DNA of 64,000 bases from Eukaryota sp. GEM-RC1 (Eukaryota), in assembly GCA_040285855.1 (NCBI GenBank), contig JAUFOQ010000001.1, positions 2,914,001 to 2,978,000 of the forward strand. The letters run 5' to 3'. A model generated the notes under the pieces. That model ran no database searches. It was not told the origin of the DNA and saw nothing but the letters and a program-made list of their open reading frames with translations. Shown here in pieces: positions 12,260 through 24,064 of the stretch (positions within the stretch are counted from its first letter, which is position 1; each line of letters opens with the position of its first letter). The position numbers and the translations under genes are program-made.

Positions 12260-12706
12260 GATGGGTTTATGGAATCTAATGGTGTCTAAGATTTTAGTTT
12301 TTACATGTACATGTAGGATTTACATGGACGAACGTTTGTTGAAATTCATCCAGTTGAGAATCCTAAATTGACACTGAAAAGACAGGGAGTGGTCCCGCAG
12401 GGGAATTGCTGTCCAGTACGTTGTTTAAACTTGAAACTACTTTAAAGTGAATTTGGATCACTGGCGATAGAAACAATTCAGAATCAAAGAACGGAGATTC
12501 TCAAACTAAGAAATACCATGATCAATGCACTGTAAGAAACAAAGACAGACATGATTTCTTTTCTGTATTTCTTAGCGCAATAATGAGTTGGAAAACGAAT
12601 TGATCATAGGCGTTTTTTTCAGAAGGTGGACAAATACAATGAACAGAACAGGGGGCAATTCTTGGAGAACCAGAAGCAAAAGAGCAAAAGAAGGAAGATG
12701 AGCGGT

Positions 12707-12760
12707 GACTTTAAAGTATGAAGGACTTTAAAGTATGAAGGACTTTAAAGTATGAAGGAC
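12707..12760. repeat. Tandem repeat, 17-bp unit x3
   Basis: GACTTTAAAGTATGAAG repeated three times, ending 60 bp upstream of the copy 2 ATG. Confidence 0.9.
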
Positions 12761-12819
12761 GATTGTAAGTCACAGTTCACTCAACTCAGCTCAAAAATCC
12801 TACTTTCCTCGATCTTGAA

Positions 12820-15682
12820 ATGCCAGACCACCACAATTCTTCTTCTGAGAAGGATGAAGTTGCGGTTAATTGCGTATGATTGATTTATAACACTTTCACC
12901 CCAGAAGACATGTTTCCATGCACTTACAGGCGAGGACTCTTTGAAAGCTCTCCATGTAACAATTGATGAGGGCCTATCTTCCTTCCAGGTCGACAAGGTG
13001 CGATCTGAACGTGGTAAGAACGAACTCACCATGGGGAAGCAGAAGAGCAAGCTCCTGATCTTCCTCCTTCAGTTCCACCAACCTCTCATCTATATCCTGT
13101 TAGTTGCTGGTGTTGTAACTGCCTTCTTGGATCCGCCGGACTCAATTGCCATTTTTGGTGTGGTACTGGTTAATGCTATTGTTGGCTTCGTCCAGGAAGT
13201 CAAGGCAGCCGCTGCTATCAACGCCTTGTCAAAGAAGATGGTTTCATTTGTTACTGTCAAAAGAGAGGGTCAAAAGGTAGAAATTGGTGCTGTAGAACTT
13301 GTTCCGGGTGATATCATGTATTTGAGAACTGGGCAGCGGGTTCCTGCCGATTGCCGAATTCTTGAAGCCAATGACTTGTCTATTGATGAATCCGCCCTCA
13401 CTGGAGAATCTGTTCCTGTAATGAAAATGACCTTTCCTCTTGAAGAAAGGATTGCCCTAGGTGATCGCAAGAACATGGGTTTCTCTTCTACCATCATCAC
13501 AAGAGGTGGTGGTCTCGCTGTTGTTACTGAAACTGGTGATGATACTGAAATTGGAAAGATCAATCACCTGATTCAAACTTCAACCGAGATTAAAACTCCT
13601 TTAACAGAAAAAATTGAAAAGTTTGCTCATGGCTTAATGTACGCAATCATTGGTTTGTCAATATTGTCCTACTTTTTGGCTTTCTACCGTGCTAATATGG
13701 ATTGGATCGACTCTTTCCATTCTTCTGTTGCCGTTGCTGTTTCCGCTATCCCAGAAGGTCTACCTGCTGCTCTGACAATCACTCTTTCTATTGGTGTTTG
13801 GAGAATGGCCAAGAGAAATGCCATCATCCGTGTTTTACCAGCTGTTGAAACTCTTGGATCCACCTCAGTAATTTGCTCTGATAAGACCGGTACGCTTACA
13901 ACTAACCAAATGACTGTAAAGGCTGTCCATGTTTGTGGTAAGACTCATGCAGTTTCTGGTGTTGGATATGCTCCTGAAGGATCAATCGAAAACATTAACG
14001 AACATGTTATCAGTGTCTTAGAAACTGGTGCTTATTGTAATGATTCTTTCATTGTCCACGAAGATAACGGTAATTACAAATGTACTGGAGATCCTACTGA
14101 AGGTTGCCTTTTGGTGTCTGCAAGTAAAGCTGGAATTGTCTCTGCCAAGCTTTCCGCTGATCATCGTTATGCTCAAATTCCCTTTAATTCTGAGCACATG
14201 TACATGGCTACTCTCAATAAGAACAAAGATGAAGAGTATATTCTTCATGTTAAGGGTGCTTTAAGTAAACTGGAAGGTCGCTGTACTCACATTTTGTCTA
14301 AGGAAGGACCAATTGAACTGACAAAGGAATTAAGTGAACAACTCAATGCTGCTGCTGACAAGGCTGCTGAAAAGGGTCTGCGTGTTCTTGCACTTTGTAG
14401 AAAGACTTTTGAGGTTCCTGCAGAAAGCACAAAGATATTTCTATCAGATGAAGATATTTCTGGTCTTTGTCTCTTAGGTTTCCAAGCTCTCTATGATCCT
14501 CCTCGTTCCACTGTTTTCGATGCAATTGCCTGTTGTTTATCTGCTGGAATCACCGTGAAAATGCTCACTGGAGATCACGCCAAAACTGCCCTATCAATTG
14601 CCAAGGAAATCGGACTCACACATAAGGAAGATACCAACGTTGTTACTGGAAATGAGTTGGACGATATGACTGATGAACAACTCCGCAAAGCAGTAAAGGT
14701 CACTCAAGTATTTGCTCGTGTTTCTCCTGAACACAAACTTCGTATTGTTAATATTCTCCAAGGACAAGGTGAAGTTGCCGCTGTTACTGGTGATGGTACT
14801 AATGACAGTCCTGCATTGAAACAGGCTGACATTGGTGTAGCTATGGGTCTTGCTGGAACTGATGTTGCCAAGGAAGCTGCTGATTGTGTCTTAACTGATG
14901 ATGCTTTTGATACCATTGTCAATGCTGTTGAAGAAGGACGATCTGTCTTTGCCAATCTCGTTAAGTTCATCCTTTGGACCATTCCTACCAATGCTGGAGA
15001 GTGCTCTGTCATCATTATGGCACTAATCTTGGGTCAGGACTTGCCTTTGCAACCTCTTCATGTCCTCTACATTAACATGGTAACAGCTGTCTGCTTGGGT
15101 CTAATGCTTGCCTTTGAACCTGCAGGGAAGGGTATTATGAAGATGAAACCTAGACGACGTGATGCTCCTCTATTTACCAGAAGTAATGTATTCAGGACCA
15201 TAATTGTGTCTATCTACCTCACCACTGCTGCTTTTGTCGTATTTGAATACGCCTTACAACACTATACTGTAGTTGAAGCGAACACTGCTGTGATCAACAC
15301 TTTTGTAATGGTTGAAACCTTCTACTTGTTTGATTGCCGTTGTACATCTAAGTCCTGCTTTGCAATTGGTTTCTTCAAGAACAAAATGATTTTGCTTGGT
15401 GTTCTCATTCAAATGGTCATCCAATTGTTACTTGTTTACACCCCTATCATGAACACTTTATTCGACACCATGCCAGTTAGTTGGGAACTATGGGCTGTTC
15501 CTGTAGGATTTGGTTTCGGTGTTTCAGTCATTGTTCAACTTCACAAGTTCATTGACAAACTACGTGGACCCAAGGAAGAAGACAATTGTCCTCTCAATCA
15601 AAAAAATTGTACTATAAATAAACATGTTACACTTGAAATTACTGGTACATTTACTACATACAAAAGCCGAAAAGCCAGATAG
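12820..15682 (+). CDS. P-type cation ATPase copy 2 (catalytically intact, extended C-terminus)
   Basis: All motifs intact. Exon 1 (12820-12873) encodes MPDHHNSSSEKDEVAVNC. Removing intron 12874-12904 restores the frame to KTCFHAL. Confidence 0.95.
12874..12904 (+). other. Spliceosomal intron, 31 nt
   Basis: GTATGA...CCCAG. Contains an in-frame TGA, and its removal is required for homology with copy 1. Confidence 0.9.
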
Positions 15683-15784
15683 AAGGACTACTTCAAGAAC
15701 CCTTGCTCAAACAATGTATTTCGTCTAAAGAACGAATAAAAGTGGTGTGACAGATCGTCACGGATTCATCACATGTCTCCATGT

Positions 15785-16745
15785 AGTTCCAATTTGTGGT
15801 CAGATTTATTTCCTGTTGGGGTAACAGAAATTCAGCAGAGAAGCATTTTCTCTTTGCCTTTGTATGTTCGCAAGTTACAGAAGAAGTTTGTTTTGTTTCA
15901 CGAATGCTTGGACTTTAAAAACCGTATTAGCTTGGCTAAGACTAAGAGTCCCGCTTTTTGTGCTTTTTTTGAATGATATTTCTTCAAGCGCTGCGTCTTC
16001 ATTTGTTTCTCGATTGTCAAGAAAATTTTGTTTTAATCTTAAGGATCATGAATGGCTTATAAACATGAGACTTAGGTTAGGTTTATGGCCTTCAGGTCTT
16101 TTGAAGCATTCTCCATGTCTTTGTGGTCGTTCAAAGGCTTCAAATTTTCATCATTTAGTTAACTGTCATCAATTTATTCATTTTCGGTCAATTAATCACA
16201 ACAGTATCCGGCATACATGTTTGGATATGTGTAAGGCTAATGGTTTTCATGGAAACATTGAACCTTTACTTGCTAATCTCTCTGATCAGATAAAAGTTGA
16301 TAGAAGTCGTGGTGATTTGATTGGTCCTTGGTTATCTTGTCAGGAAATTATCATGGATTTCACGACTGTTGATCCTTGTAATTCAAGATCAATTTCCAAA
16401 ATTTTTGATGATGATTTTTCTGCTCTTGAAGTGGCTGAAAAAGGAAAAAATCCAAAGTACTGTCACTTAATTGACCAATTGAATGTTGACAGGAACAATT
16501 CTTTGTGTTTCAACCTTTTGCGATGTCGATATACGGTAATGTTGGACCAGCTGCACAAGGTTTTTAACTTCCTTTGGTAAATTGTGTTCTGAGTACGGTA
16601 AAGTTTTCAATGAAGATTTTTGGTTGAGTAGGTTAACGTTTACGTTGTTTCGTTCAATGCACAGATATTTTAATTCAATTTTAGGTAAATTGTTCGGTGA
16701 TGAACAGAAGGATCATAGTTTAGATACTTTAGTTAGTGTCTGTTA
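15785..16745 (+). mobile_element. CRE-like non-LTR retrotransposon fragment, second family (Zn-finger and RLE)
   Basis: CLCG..HHLVNC, HNSIRH, IEPLL, RSRGDL, DFTTVDPC and K..KY. Several frameshifts. Confidence 0.8.
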
Positions 16746-17065
16746 GTTATTAACTTCTGCAAATGCATTTATTTCACTGACTGATCATAAACCCCGTTTT
16801 TTTGTAGTAACTCTCGAGCCACAAACTTGTCCAACATGAACTCCAGCAATAATTATGATGGTCAGGGTTCTCAGTATGACTAATATATTGTTAGTAATAA
16901 TTGAAATCGATCAAAAATTCCAAAATGGTTAACTTGGTTTTTTATCTCCAAACCGACTAGTTTCTGGAAACTTATATGCTGTGTTTAACAGCAACAATAA
17001 AAACATGTCACGTTGTTATTAAACCATGATGAAAGACACAGAACCAAATTATGATCGCAACTAAC

Positions 17066-17711
17066 CATAGTTGTGGATACCTAAATTCGGGGTATTTCGA
17101 TAGGTATTAGGTATTGAGGTAGGTAATAGGTATTTCCATGTCTCATTTTGGAGATACCTGCCGATGCCAAAAGTACCCTTCTAATGCTACATTTAAATAG
17201 TATTCATTTTGTTTAGTACATTTATTTGGATTAATCAAGTTTTCTATTTTTGAACACATGGATGCATTGTAATTGTTCTCAGTCAACACCAGACTGTTTG
17301 TTGAATTTTGACCAACCTTCTCTTTGAATCATCTTTTCCCAAAAAACAGGACACTTCTTTTGCCCCATTCATTAGGCAAACTTCTAAGAACCCATTGTGG
17401 GAGCTTGTCACAGCCAAGGTTATCACGAAAGAACTTGTGGATATCAAGTGTAATGTTTGTCAACCATAGGGATGGACTATGCCAAAGGGGAAGAAATACA
17501 AGACGAACTGACGAGTAACATAGTTTGTATCACTGAATATTGTTGAATTAGATGTTTGTACAATATCTTAATATAAATTAGCTTCGATAATGTCTTCAAT
17601 CATTTTTCTGGGTATTCAGGTATCAGGCTGAGGTATTCGGTATTTTGGTATGTTGGTAGGTACATTGTACTAGGTATTCTTTTTAATACGATATAGGTAT
17701 CCACAACTATG
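17066..17711. mobile_element. hAT-like MITE
   Basis: TIR CATAGTTGTGGATACCTA. 8-bp TSD CAACTAAC/CAACTGAC. AGGTATT repeats. Internal BED-finger-like remnant (PLWELVT..KCNVC). Confidence 0.9.
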
Positions 17712-17764
17712 CAACTGACTGAAAAACTTTATCACACTATTATTTCCGAAGAATGTACTGTAGC

Positions 17765-18352
17765 ATTTTATCGAGGGTTGCACAAGATACGTCACGCACT
17801 GCTCCGTGACGTCACCGTCACTGTGACGTGACGTATCTTGTGCTTAGCGCTCTTTTCGTCTTTAGTTTGAGTCTGACTCTCGTATTTGTCTGGGACCTTT
17901 TGTGCTTATGTATTAAAGAGTTTTATACATGATATTTACAAACGTAAAATTAAACTTAAATTAACGAGAGAGTTCTGAGCATTCCGATACACAATAGTAG
18001 TAATATCTTGACGTAAACCGATATTCAGGGCATTTCTTTAAAGGCGTAAATTGTGAAGAAATATCAAATCATCCACTCTTGCAGTAATCAAACAACTTCA
18101 TCAGAGTTGATTGTGAAAGTTAATGACATAAATAGGGCTCCGAATTTCTATGAAAGTCGATCATACAACTTCCAGTTTAATTATTTGATTAGTGAATTTA
18201 CACTACTGTTAATTTAATGTTTGGTAGAGTTTTATATGAAGCGTCGTTGACATGAATATGTTTAGACAAAAATGTTTTCCAAACAACATGCCCAAGTGAC
18301 GGTGACGTAACGGAGTAGTGCGTGACGTATCTTGTGCAACCCTAGATAAAAT
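17765..18352. mobile_element. MITE with ~55-bp TIRs
   Basis: ATTTTATC(G/T)AGGGTTGCACAAGATACGTCACGCACT(G/A)CTCCGT..CGTCACCGTCACT is inverted at both ends. No direct TSD is evident. Confidence 0.85.
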
Positions 18353-18362
18353 ACATTCTAGT

Positions 18363-19233
18363 TAGAGATGGGAGCCGGCTCAATTTAGCCGGCTGAGCCG
18401 GCTAGCCGAGCCAGCCGACTGGTCCAGAATAGAAAAATTTTCAGCTGCAAGCCGGCTGGCTAAATATATTTTTAGCCGGCTCAAGCCGAATATTTTAGGT
18501 TCTCAGAAAACATAGCTAATAAAGAACGAATGATGAATTTAGAAATCGAAAATATCATTTACAGCGCTTTACAGAACAGTTTAGGGCTACTAATGTTTAT
18601 CAACGTTCGAGCAACAGTAGAATTGGTGAATATAGTTGATATGTGTCAAATAATTGCCCTACTGTTTTTCTTGGGCACTGATAGTACATTCAGTGCCTTA
18701 TGTACATTGTCGCAGTGTCTATTTCTGACACTTTAAATGTCTATTACATCTTTGCTTCCAAATAAACCGCTATACTTGTGTTCCGAGACAGTAAAAAACC
18801 TAGAGTCCGTCAGAGCTCTTCCTCCAACGACTTTGTTTCTTTAGGACTAATTAAGCTCCTTCTCAAAAGTACTATCGTACTGTTGTCATATTTTAGGCAG
18901 ACAGCCAATTCCATAGTGGTGTTCCAATTGTTTCACAGATTCAAGCGATAACTAACCGTCAAGTATATAAGTGATAATCACAAAAATATGTGGCATGTAA
19001 AATCTGGGAAAACTGGAATGTACTGATCGATAGTATCAGCATTGTGTCGTTTTGATACTCGGTGTAGTTGTCATTAACAATGGTTCTGAATCATTTTATT
19101 GATATATCAACCAACATGCGGCTGAGCCGGCTTTAGCCGGCTTGAGCTGGCTAAAATGCGTTGTAAGCCGCAGCCGGCTGGCTAATGCCTGCGGCTTAGC
19201 CGTGAGCAAATTTTGAGCCGGCTCCCATCTATA
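18363..19233. mobile_element. hAT-like MITE
   Basis: TIR TA(G/T)AGATGGGAGCCGGCTCAA. Perfect 8-bp TSD ATTCTAGT. AGCCGGCT subterminal repeats. Confidence 0.92.
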
Positions 19234-19285
19234 ATTCTAGTTGTAAATTTCTGATCCTCTGTGTCAGTAAGCTTCTGGTCACAAC

Positions 19286-22057
19286 ATGACCAATTCATCA
19301 TCCAGATGTCTGTTTTTTCCACAATCTTTGCTGGTATTGACCAATTACCACTTCCTGTGCGCTCTTTGGAAGACTCCCCTTAAAATTGATATAAGACATA
19401 CCCGTCGATTCTCTCACCAGTTAATATCACATTTGTTCGCCTTCCTCCAGAAAATTGGTTATGTGAGTGATCGTTTTTCTGAAACTATTGTCTCAAGTAT
19501 AAGGATATTTCTCGACTCAACAACCTTCTCCTTATTTCCCAGTGATCTTCCCCATCTCTCATCCATTTCTGTTCACTTCGGAGCATCACCACGGTCTATA
19601 TCGTTAACAGTGCGTTCATCCTTAAAACTACCGGATCCTGACACGTACGCACCTCTTGTTTCTCGTCTGAATCTTAATGTGTCGTCCCTTAGTCACTTTG
19701 ATTTCCTTCACAACGCTTCTCCTTTCTTCTTTTCTAATGTCAAACTACTGGATGTTCTAGTCACTCCTTGCTATTCTTTCCCCTCCTTTTGCCAGTCTTT
19801 AATGGCTAATTCTACAGTTGAAGATCTTTCCATTGAGTTTCTTGGTATAAGTGAGTCAAACATTACTGATCTTGCTGACGTGTTCTCTTCTAAAAACACC
19901 TTCAGGAAAATTACAATTTTGAATCGTGGACCTGCTCCTTCAGATGACGCTTTTAAATATCTTTTTGTTGGACTTTCTAGAATTAATCTTTTACAAGTTC
20001 TTGATATATCTGGTTTTTCAATTAGAAATTCAACCACACTCTTACCTCTTTGTCACAGTACTTCTTTAAAAAGTATATCCTTTCCAAGGGTAAGTCATTT
20101 TGATTCAGTACTTTTTGCTGCTCTTGGGAATAATTCTTCTATTAGAAGGATAGTTTTTCATGATACAAATTTTAAGGGTGAAGATCTTGTAAATTTACTG
20201 AATCTCAATAGGTTTTTAAAAGTTCTGAATATACGAGAGACTACAATTTCATTATCACCAATTTTTAAATCTCTTCTGACAAATAATTCTTTAGTAGAGT
20301 TAATACTGCATAATGCTAACCAGGCATTTAATGTTCAAGATGCTAAATCTCTATGTGAATTGTTGCAACTTAATTCAACTCTCCTTGTTTTGAATTTGCA
20401 TGGGTCTTTAATTAATTCGCTTCATTTTAAAAATATTCTTGATGCAATTCAGTTGAATTCCAGGCTACGGGCTGTAAGCTTTCCCCACTTGAATTTGAGT
20501 TGTTTAACGTTGTTATACGAGTACAACTATTCTACAACGCGGAAATTAAAGATTGATATTTCCCCGCACTCTATTGATTTTGATGCTAGTTTAATCTGTT
20601 ATGATGATGATGTTTCTGATTGTGATTTACTTGCACTTTTAAATGCTTTAGAATCAAATGTTTTGATTAAACGTGTTGATTGTCTTGGATCAAGCGAACC
20701 TAGTCTAGCAGGACTCATAGCTTTATTTAAAATTCTTTCAATTAACAAATCAGTGATAGATGTTGATTTTTCTCCTCATTTAATTGATCTTGAAAATGGT
20801 AGTTTTTGTTGTTTACCACGAAACTCTCCTCAAGTTACTGCTGAACAAGTCTCATCCTTAAAGTGTTTTTTAGAGTATTTCAATATCAAAAAGCTTACTC
20901 TTAAAGGATGTCGGTTTAATGACGATGCAATCACTTCTCTGGTTGATTTAATCAGGCTCAATACCTCCTTGACTTCCATTGACTTCAGTGACTGTCACCT
21001 ATTAGATCACCACATTTTAGAACTCACCAGTCCACTTCAACGCCACCATTCTCTGACTTCATTAAAGCTTTGTAACAATGATTTTGGACTATCAGGTCTG
21101 GTTTCCTTATTTACACTAGTGAGCCCACTAGTGGATCCACTAGCTGAATTGGATCACGTTCCTCTTACAGTTGATGTTTCTCCCCATTCTTTGGATTGTT
21201 CTAATGGTTATATCCGCTGTGTCAATGCTGTTGGAGATGATGGTCTGACTTCTCTATTAAATGTAGTGAAGTTAGGCCATTGCATTACTCGTGTTGAGTG
21301 TTTTGGATTTGATTGCTTGAGTGTGAAAGACCTTGTCGTTCTATTTGAAATACTCTCCATTAACCAATCTATCATCGACTGTCATCAGATTGGGAATCAG
21401 ATTGATCTTTTAACAGGCGTCATTAATTGTCAACAATACATTACCATTGATGATTTATTGGCTATTTTAAAAGCTTTAAAATCGAGGATTCCTATTAATC
21501 TTGTTGAATATCGCGGAATGAAAAGTGTCGGTATTCCTGAACTAGTCGCATTATTTCAAATACTGTCAATCAGCAAATCAGTGATTAGTGTCGATATTTC
21601 TCCACACTGTATTGACCTTGACAATTCTGTCTTTTGTTATTCTCCAAAGACTCCTACTCAAGTGTCTGCTAAGGATCTGTCACATCTACTATCTCTTTTA
21701 GAATGTGTTAGTATCAGAGAACTGGCCCTTGTTCGATGCCGTTTCAGTGATGACGCCATCATGATTTTGAGTGATATAATAGAGATCAATCAATTGACTT
21801 CTGTTGACTTTTCTTACTGTAGACTATCCGATAGCAATATTTCTACAATATTTCGCCGACTTGGATCCAATCACTGCTCTAAATTGGAGTTAGTTGATCT
21901 CAGAAATAATTATATCACTGATGATGGTGCCTTGAAATTGTCTCTAGCTTTGGAAACCAATGTTACTATTACAGAGATGAATTTGTCATGGAATTTGTTC
22001 GACCCCGAAACAAAGCCCTTTCTTAATTCAAACTCGAACGGTCGAATTCTTTGTTGA
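19286..22057 (+). CDS. Ribonuclease-inhibitor/NLRC3-like leucine-rich repeat protein with interspersed non-LRR repeats
   Basis: 923-aa ORF with LxxLxLxxN/C units (LTSLKLCNNDFG, LELVDLRNNYITDDGA) and a recurring D(I/V/F)SPH.ID module. Confidence 0.85.
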   Translation: MTNSSSRCLFFPQSLLVLTNYHFLCALWKTPLKIDIRHTRRFSHQLISHLFAFLQKIGYVSDRFSETIVSSIRIFLDSTTFSLFPSDLPHLSSISVHFGASPRSISLTVRSSLKLPDPDTYAPLVSRLNLNVSSLSHFDFLHNASPFFFSNVKLLDVLVTPCYSFPSFCQSLMANSTVEDLSIEFLGISESNITDLADVFSSKNTFRKITILNRGPAPSDDAFKYLFVGLSRINLLQVLDISGFSIRNSTTLLPLCHSTSLKSISFPRVSHFDSVLFAALGNNSSIRRIVFHDTNFKGEDLVNLLNLNRFLKVLNIRETTISLSPIFKSLLTNNSLVELILHNANQAFNVQDAKSLCELLQLNSTLLVLNLHGSLINSLHFKNILDAIQLNSRLRAVSFPHLNLSCLTLLYEYNYSTTRKLKIDISPHSIDFDASLICYDDDVSDCDLLALLNALESNVLIKRVDCLGSSEPSLAGLIALFKILSINKSVIDVDFSPHLIDLENGSFCCLPRNSPQVTAEQVSSLKCFLEYFNIKKLTLKGCRFNDDAITSLVDLIRLNTSLTSIDFSDCHLLDHHILELTSPLQRHHSLTSLKLCNNDFGLSGLVSLFTLVSPLVDPLAELDHVPLTVDVSPHSLDCSNGYIRCVNAVGDDGLTSLLNVVKLGHCITRVECFGFDCLSVKDLVVLFEILSINQSIIDCHQIGNQIDLLTGVINCQQYITIDDLLAILKALKSRIPINLVEYRGMKSVGIPELVALFQILSISKSVISVDISPHCIDLDNSVFCYSPKTPTQVSAKDLSHLLSLLECVSIRELALVRCRFSDDAIMILSDIIEINQLTSVDFSYCRLSDSNISTIFRRLGSNHCSKLELVDLRNNYITDDGALKLSLALETNVTITEMNLSWNLFDPETKPFLNSNSNGRILC

Positions 22058-22334
22058 TTTTTTCACCCTTACTGAAACATGTAGAATGTTGTCTTTTTTC
22101 AATTTTGTATATTATCAAGTAGGCGATCTGTGTTTCTCAATAAAATCCACATATTACTATTGATACCAACAACAATTGGCTATTAAGTTCATAAGTCTGT
22201 CTTGTGTGATAAGTAGAAACATTCTCTTGTTCTTGATGTTGATTTTTTGCTATTTGCAGATTTAATCCGCCTTTCCCTGAAGAAAAAATGAACTTTCTTT
22301 GATGAAACTCAAGTCCGCCAGTACTTATGTGAGA

Positions 22335-23333
22335 TTCAGGATATCCCAGAAAGAAGTTTGGTTTCTTTAAGGTTTGCTCTAAAAAGCTTCAGCATCATCT
22401 TTCGAAACATTTTGAAAGTTTGGATTTTGTTGTTCGCATTAGCTCGGCTAAACAAACTAATCCTACTTTCGCTAATTTTCTGTTAGATTTACAGGATAGC
22501 TCTGCATCAGCTTTCCTCAATCAAATTCCGCAAATTTACGGATTGTTACTAGATGATCATCAATGGACCACTACAAAGCGTTTAAGATGCTTTTTATGGC
22601 CTCATAATCTACCCAATGATTGTTACTGCAAATGTGGACAATTGGTAACGTTGTCTCATACATTTTCATGTTCACATTACATAACTTATCGATCTGCTAT
22701 CCATGACCCTGTACGCGATCAGCTACATGCCATGTGCAAATCTTACAAAATTGAATCCTTCATTGAACCTTTGCTGAGATCTCTTGACATCAATCATTCC
22801 AAAAAAAGAAAATTCTTATGGGCAAAGACGTGTGACTTGATTATACCTTCATCCTCTGAATCTCTGACAGTTATCGATGTTGTTTCAGTGGATGTTTGCA
22901 AAAAAGTTGTAACAAGTTTGTTACAAAGGAAATCTCACCTTTAGACATTGCTGAAAATAACAAGCAAAGAAAGTATGCTGATCCTTTGAAAAACCTGAAG
23001 CACATTGTCCATGTTGAATATTCACTTGTCCCATTTGCGATTTGCGTATATGGTAGATTAGGCAAATTGGCCTTGAAGTTCCTTGATGAATTTGCAAAAG
23101 TTGTAGCTCGTAGAACCAACAAAATATTTGATCGTTCTTTTGGCAGAACCGAATTGTCTTTACGATTCTAAAGGCAGTTCCCACAATGATTTCAAAAGCT
23201 TTGTTATCCCTAAGTGTGTTTTATGAAGACAAAGCTTCAACAAGGTTCGATTCGAAGGAATCTTGTTTTGATGACATTGATTATTAGATCATCTTGTTTT
23301 TATTGTCGCATAAAAAAAGTATCTCAAAAAAAA
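22335..23333 (+). mobile_element. 5'-truncated CRE-like non-LTR retrotransposon
   Basis: Homologous to 47.9-48.9 kb. Poly-A tail. 10-bp TSD TTATGTGAGA at 22325-22334 and 23334-23343. Confidence 0.9.
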
Positions 23334-24064
23334 TTATGTGAGACTATTTGCGAATGCGAACTGAATGCACAGTACAGAACCACACCCACTTTGTCTTAAG
23401 CATTACTTGCCAATTTTTGAATACAATATCTCAGAATTGTGGATGTATGTAGTATTCTAAGATCCATTTTCACGCTGTAATAATGCAATCAGAGTTAGAC
23501 TGCATATAAATGCAAAAATGTGGTGCACTTGTATCTCGTTTATCAACTAATTGGAACTACTATTTTTGAAACAGTACTGCTATTACGATAAACATCGGGA
23601 AGAATGCTGGAACTTTGCAATGATCTTTGTCATGAATTGATGTTTCACTAATATTCCTTAAAGAAATGTGAAGAAGGAAATGTAAGTCACTGAAATTGAG
23701 CTTAGATGAAGAGTCTGTCTGTTCAATCTCGCTCCTTGAGTCCATTGTCGAACTTAAGTCAAGTTGCAAATGATTCGGAACAAACTACTGCTTTGTTATA
23801 CCAACTTACACAATAAAACGACATTTTGCAAAATAGAATTTGACTTTTTGTATTGTACTCAGAGCGTACAGTGCTAGCAAATTCGTCACACTCGAAAACT
23901 TAGGTAATTGCAAAACAAAAGTCAACAGTTCACCTAATACCCAGCACATTTAGTCCTAGTCATGATTCCCAGTTTTTAGGCTGAATAACGTGTAGTGCAT
24001 TCGATCACTTACGTCTTTGTAGAAAGGAGGACAATCTAATAAAACAATATACATTTATTATTAA

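Noticed and set aside
12707..12760. CRISPR array (also considered for MITE subterminal repeats)
   Set aside because: No unique spacers and no cas genes. Eukaryotic context, and the repeats are explained by tandem duplication or TIR elements.
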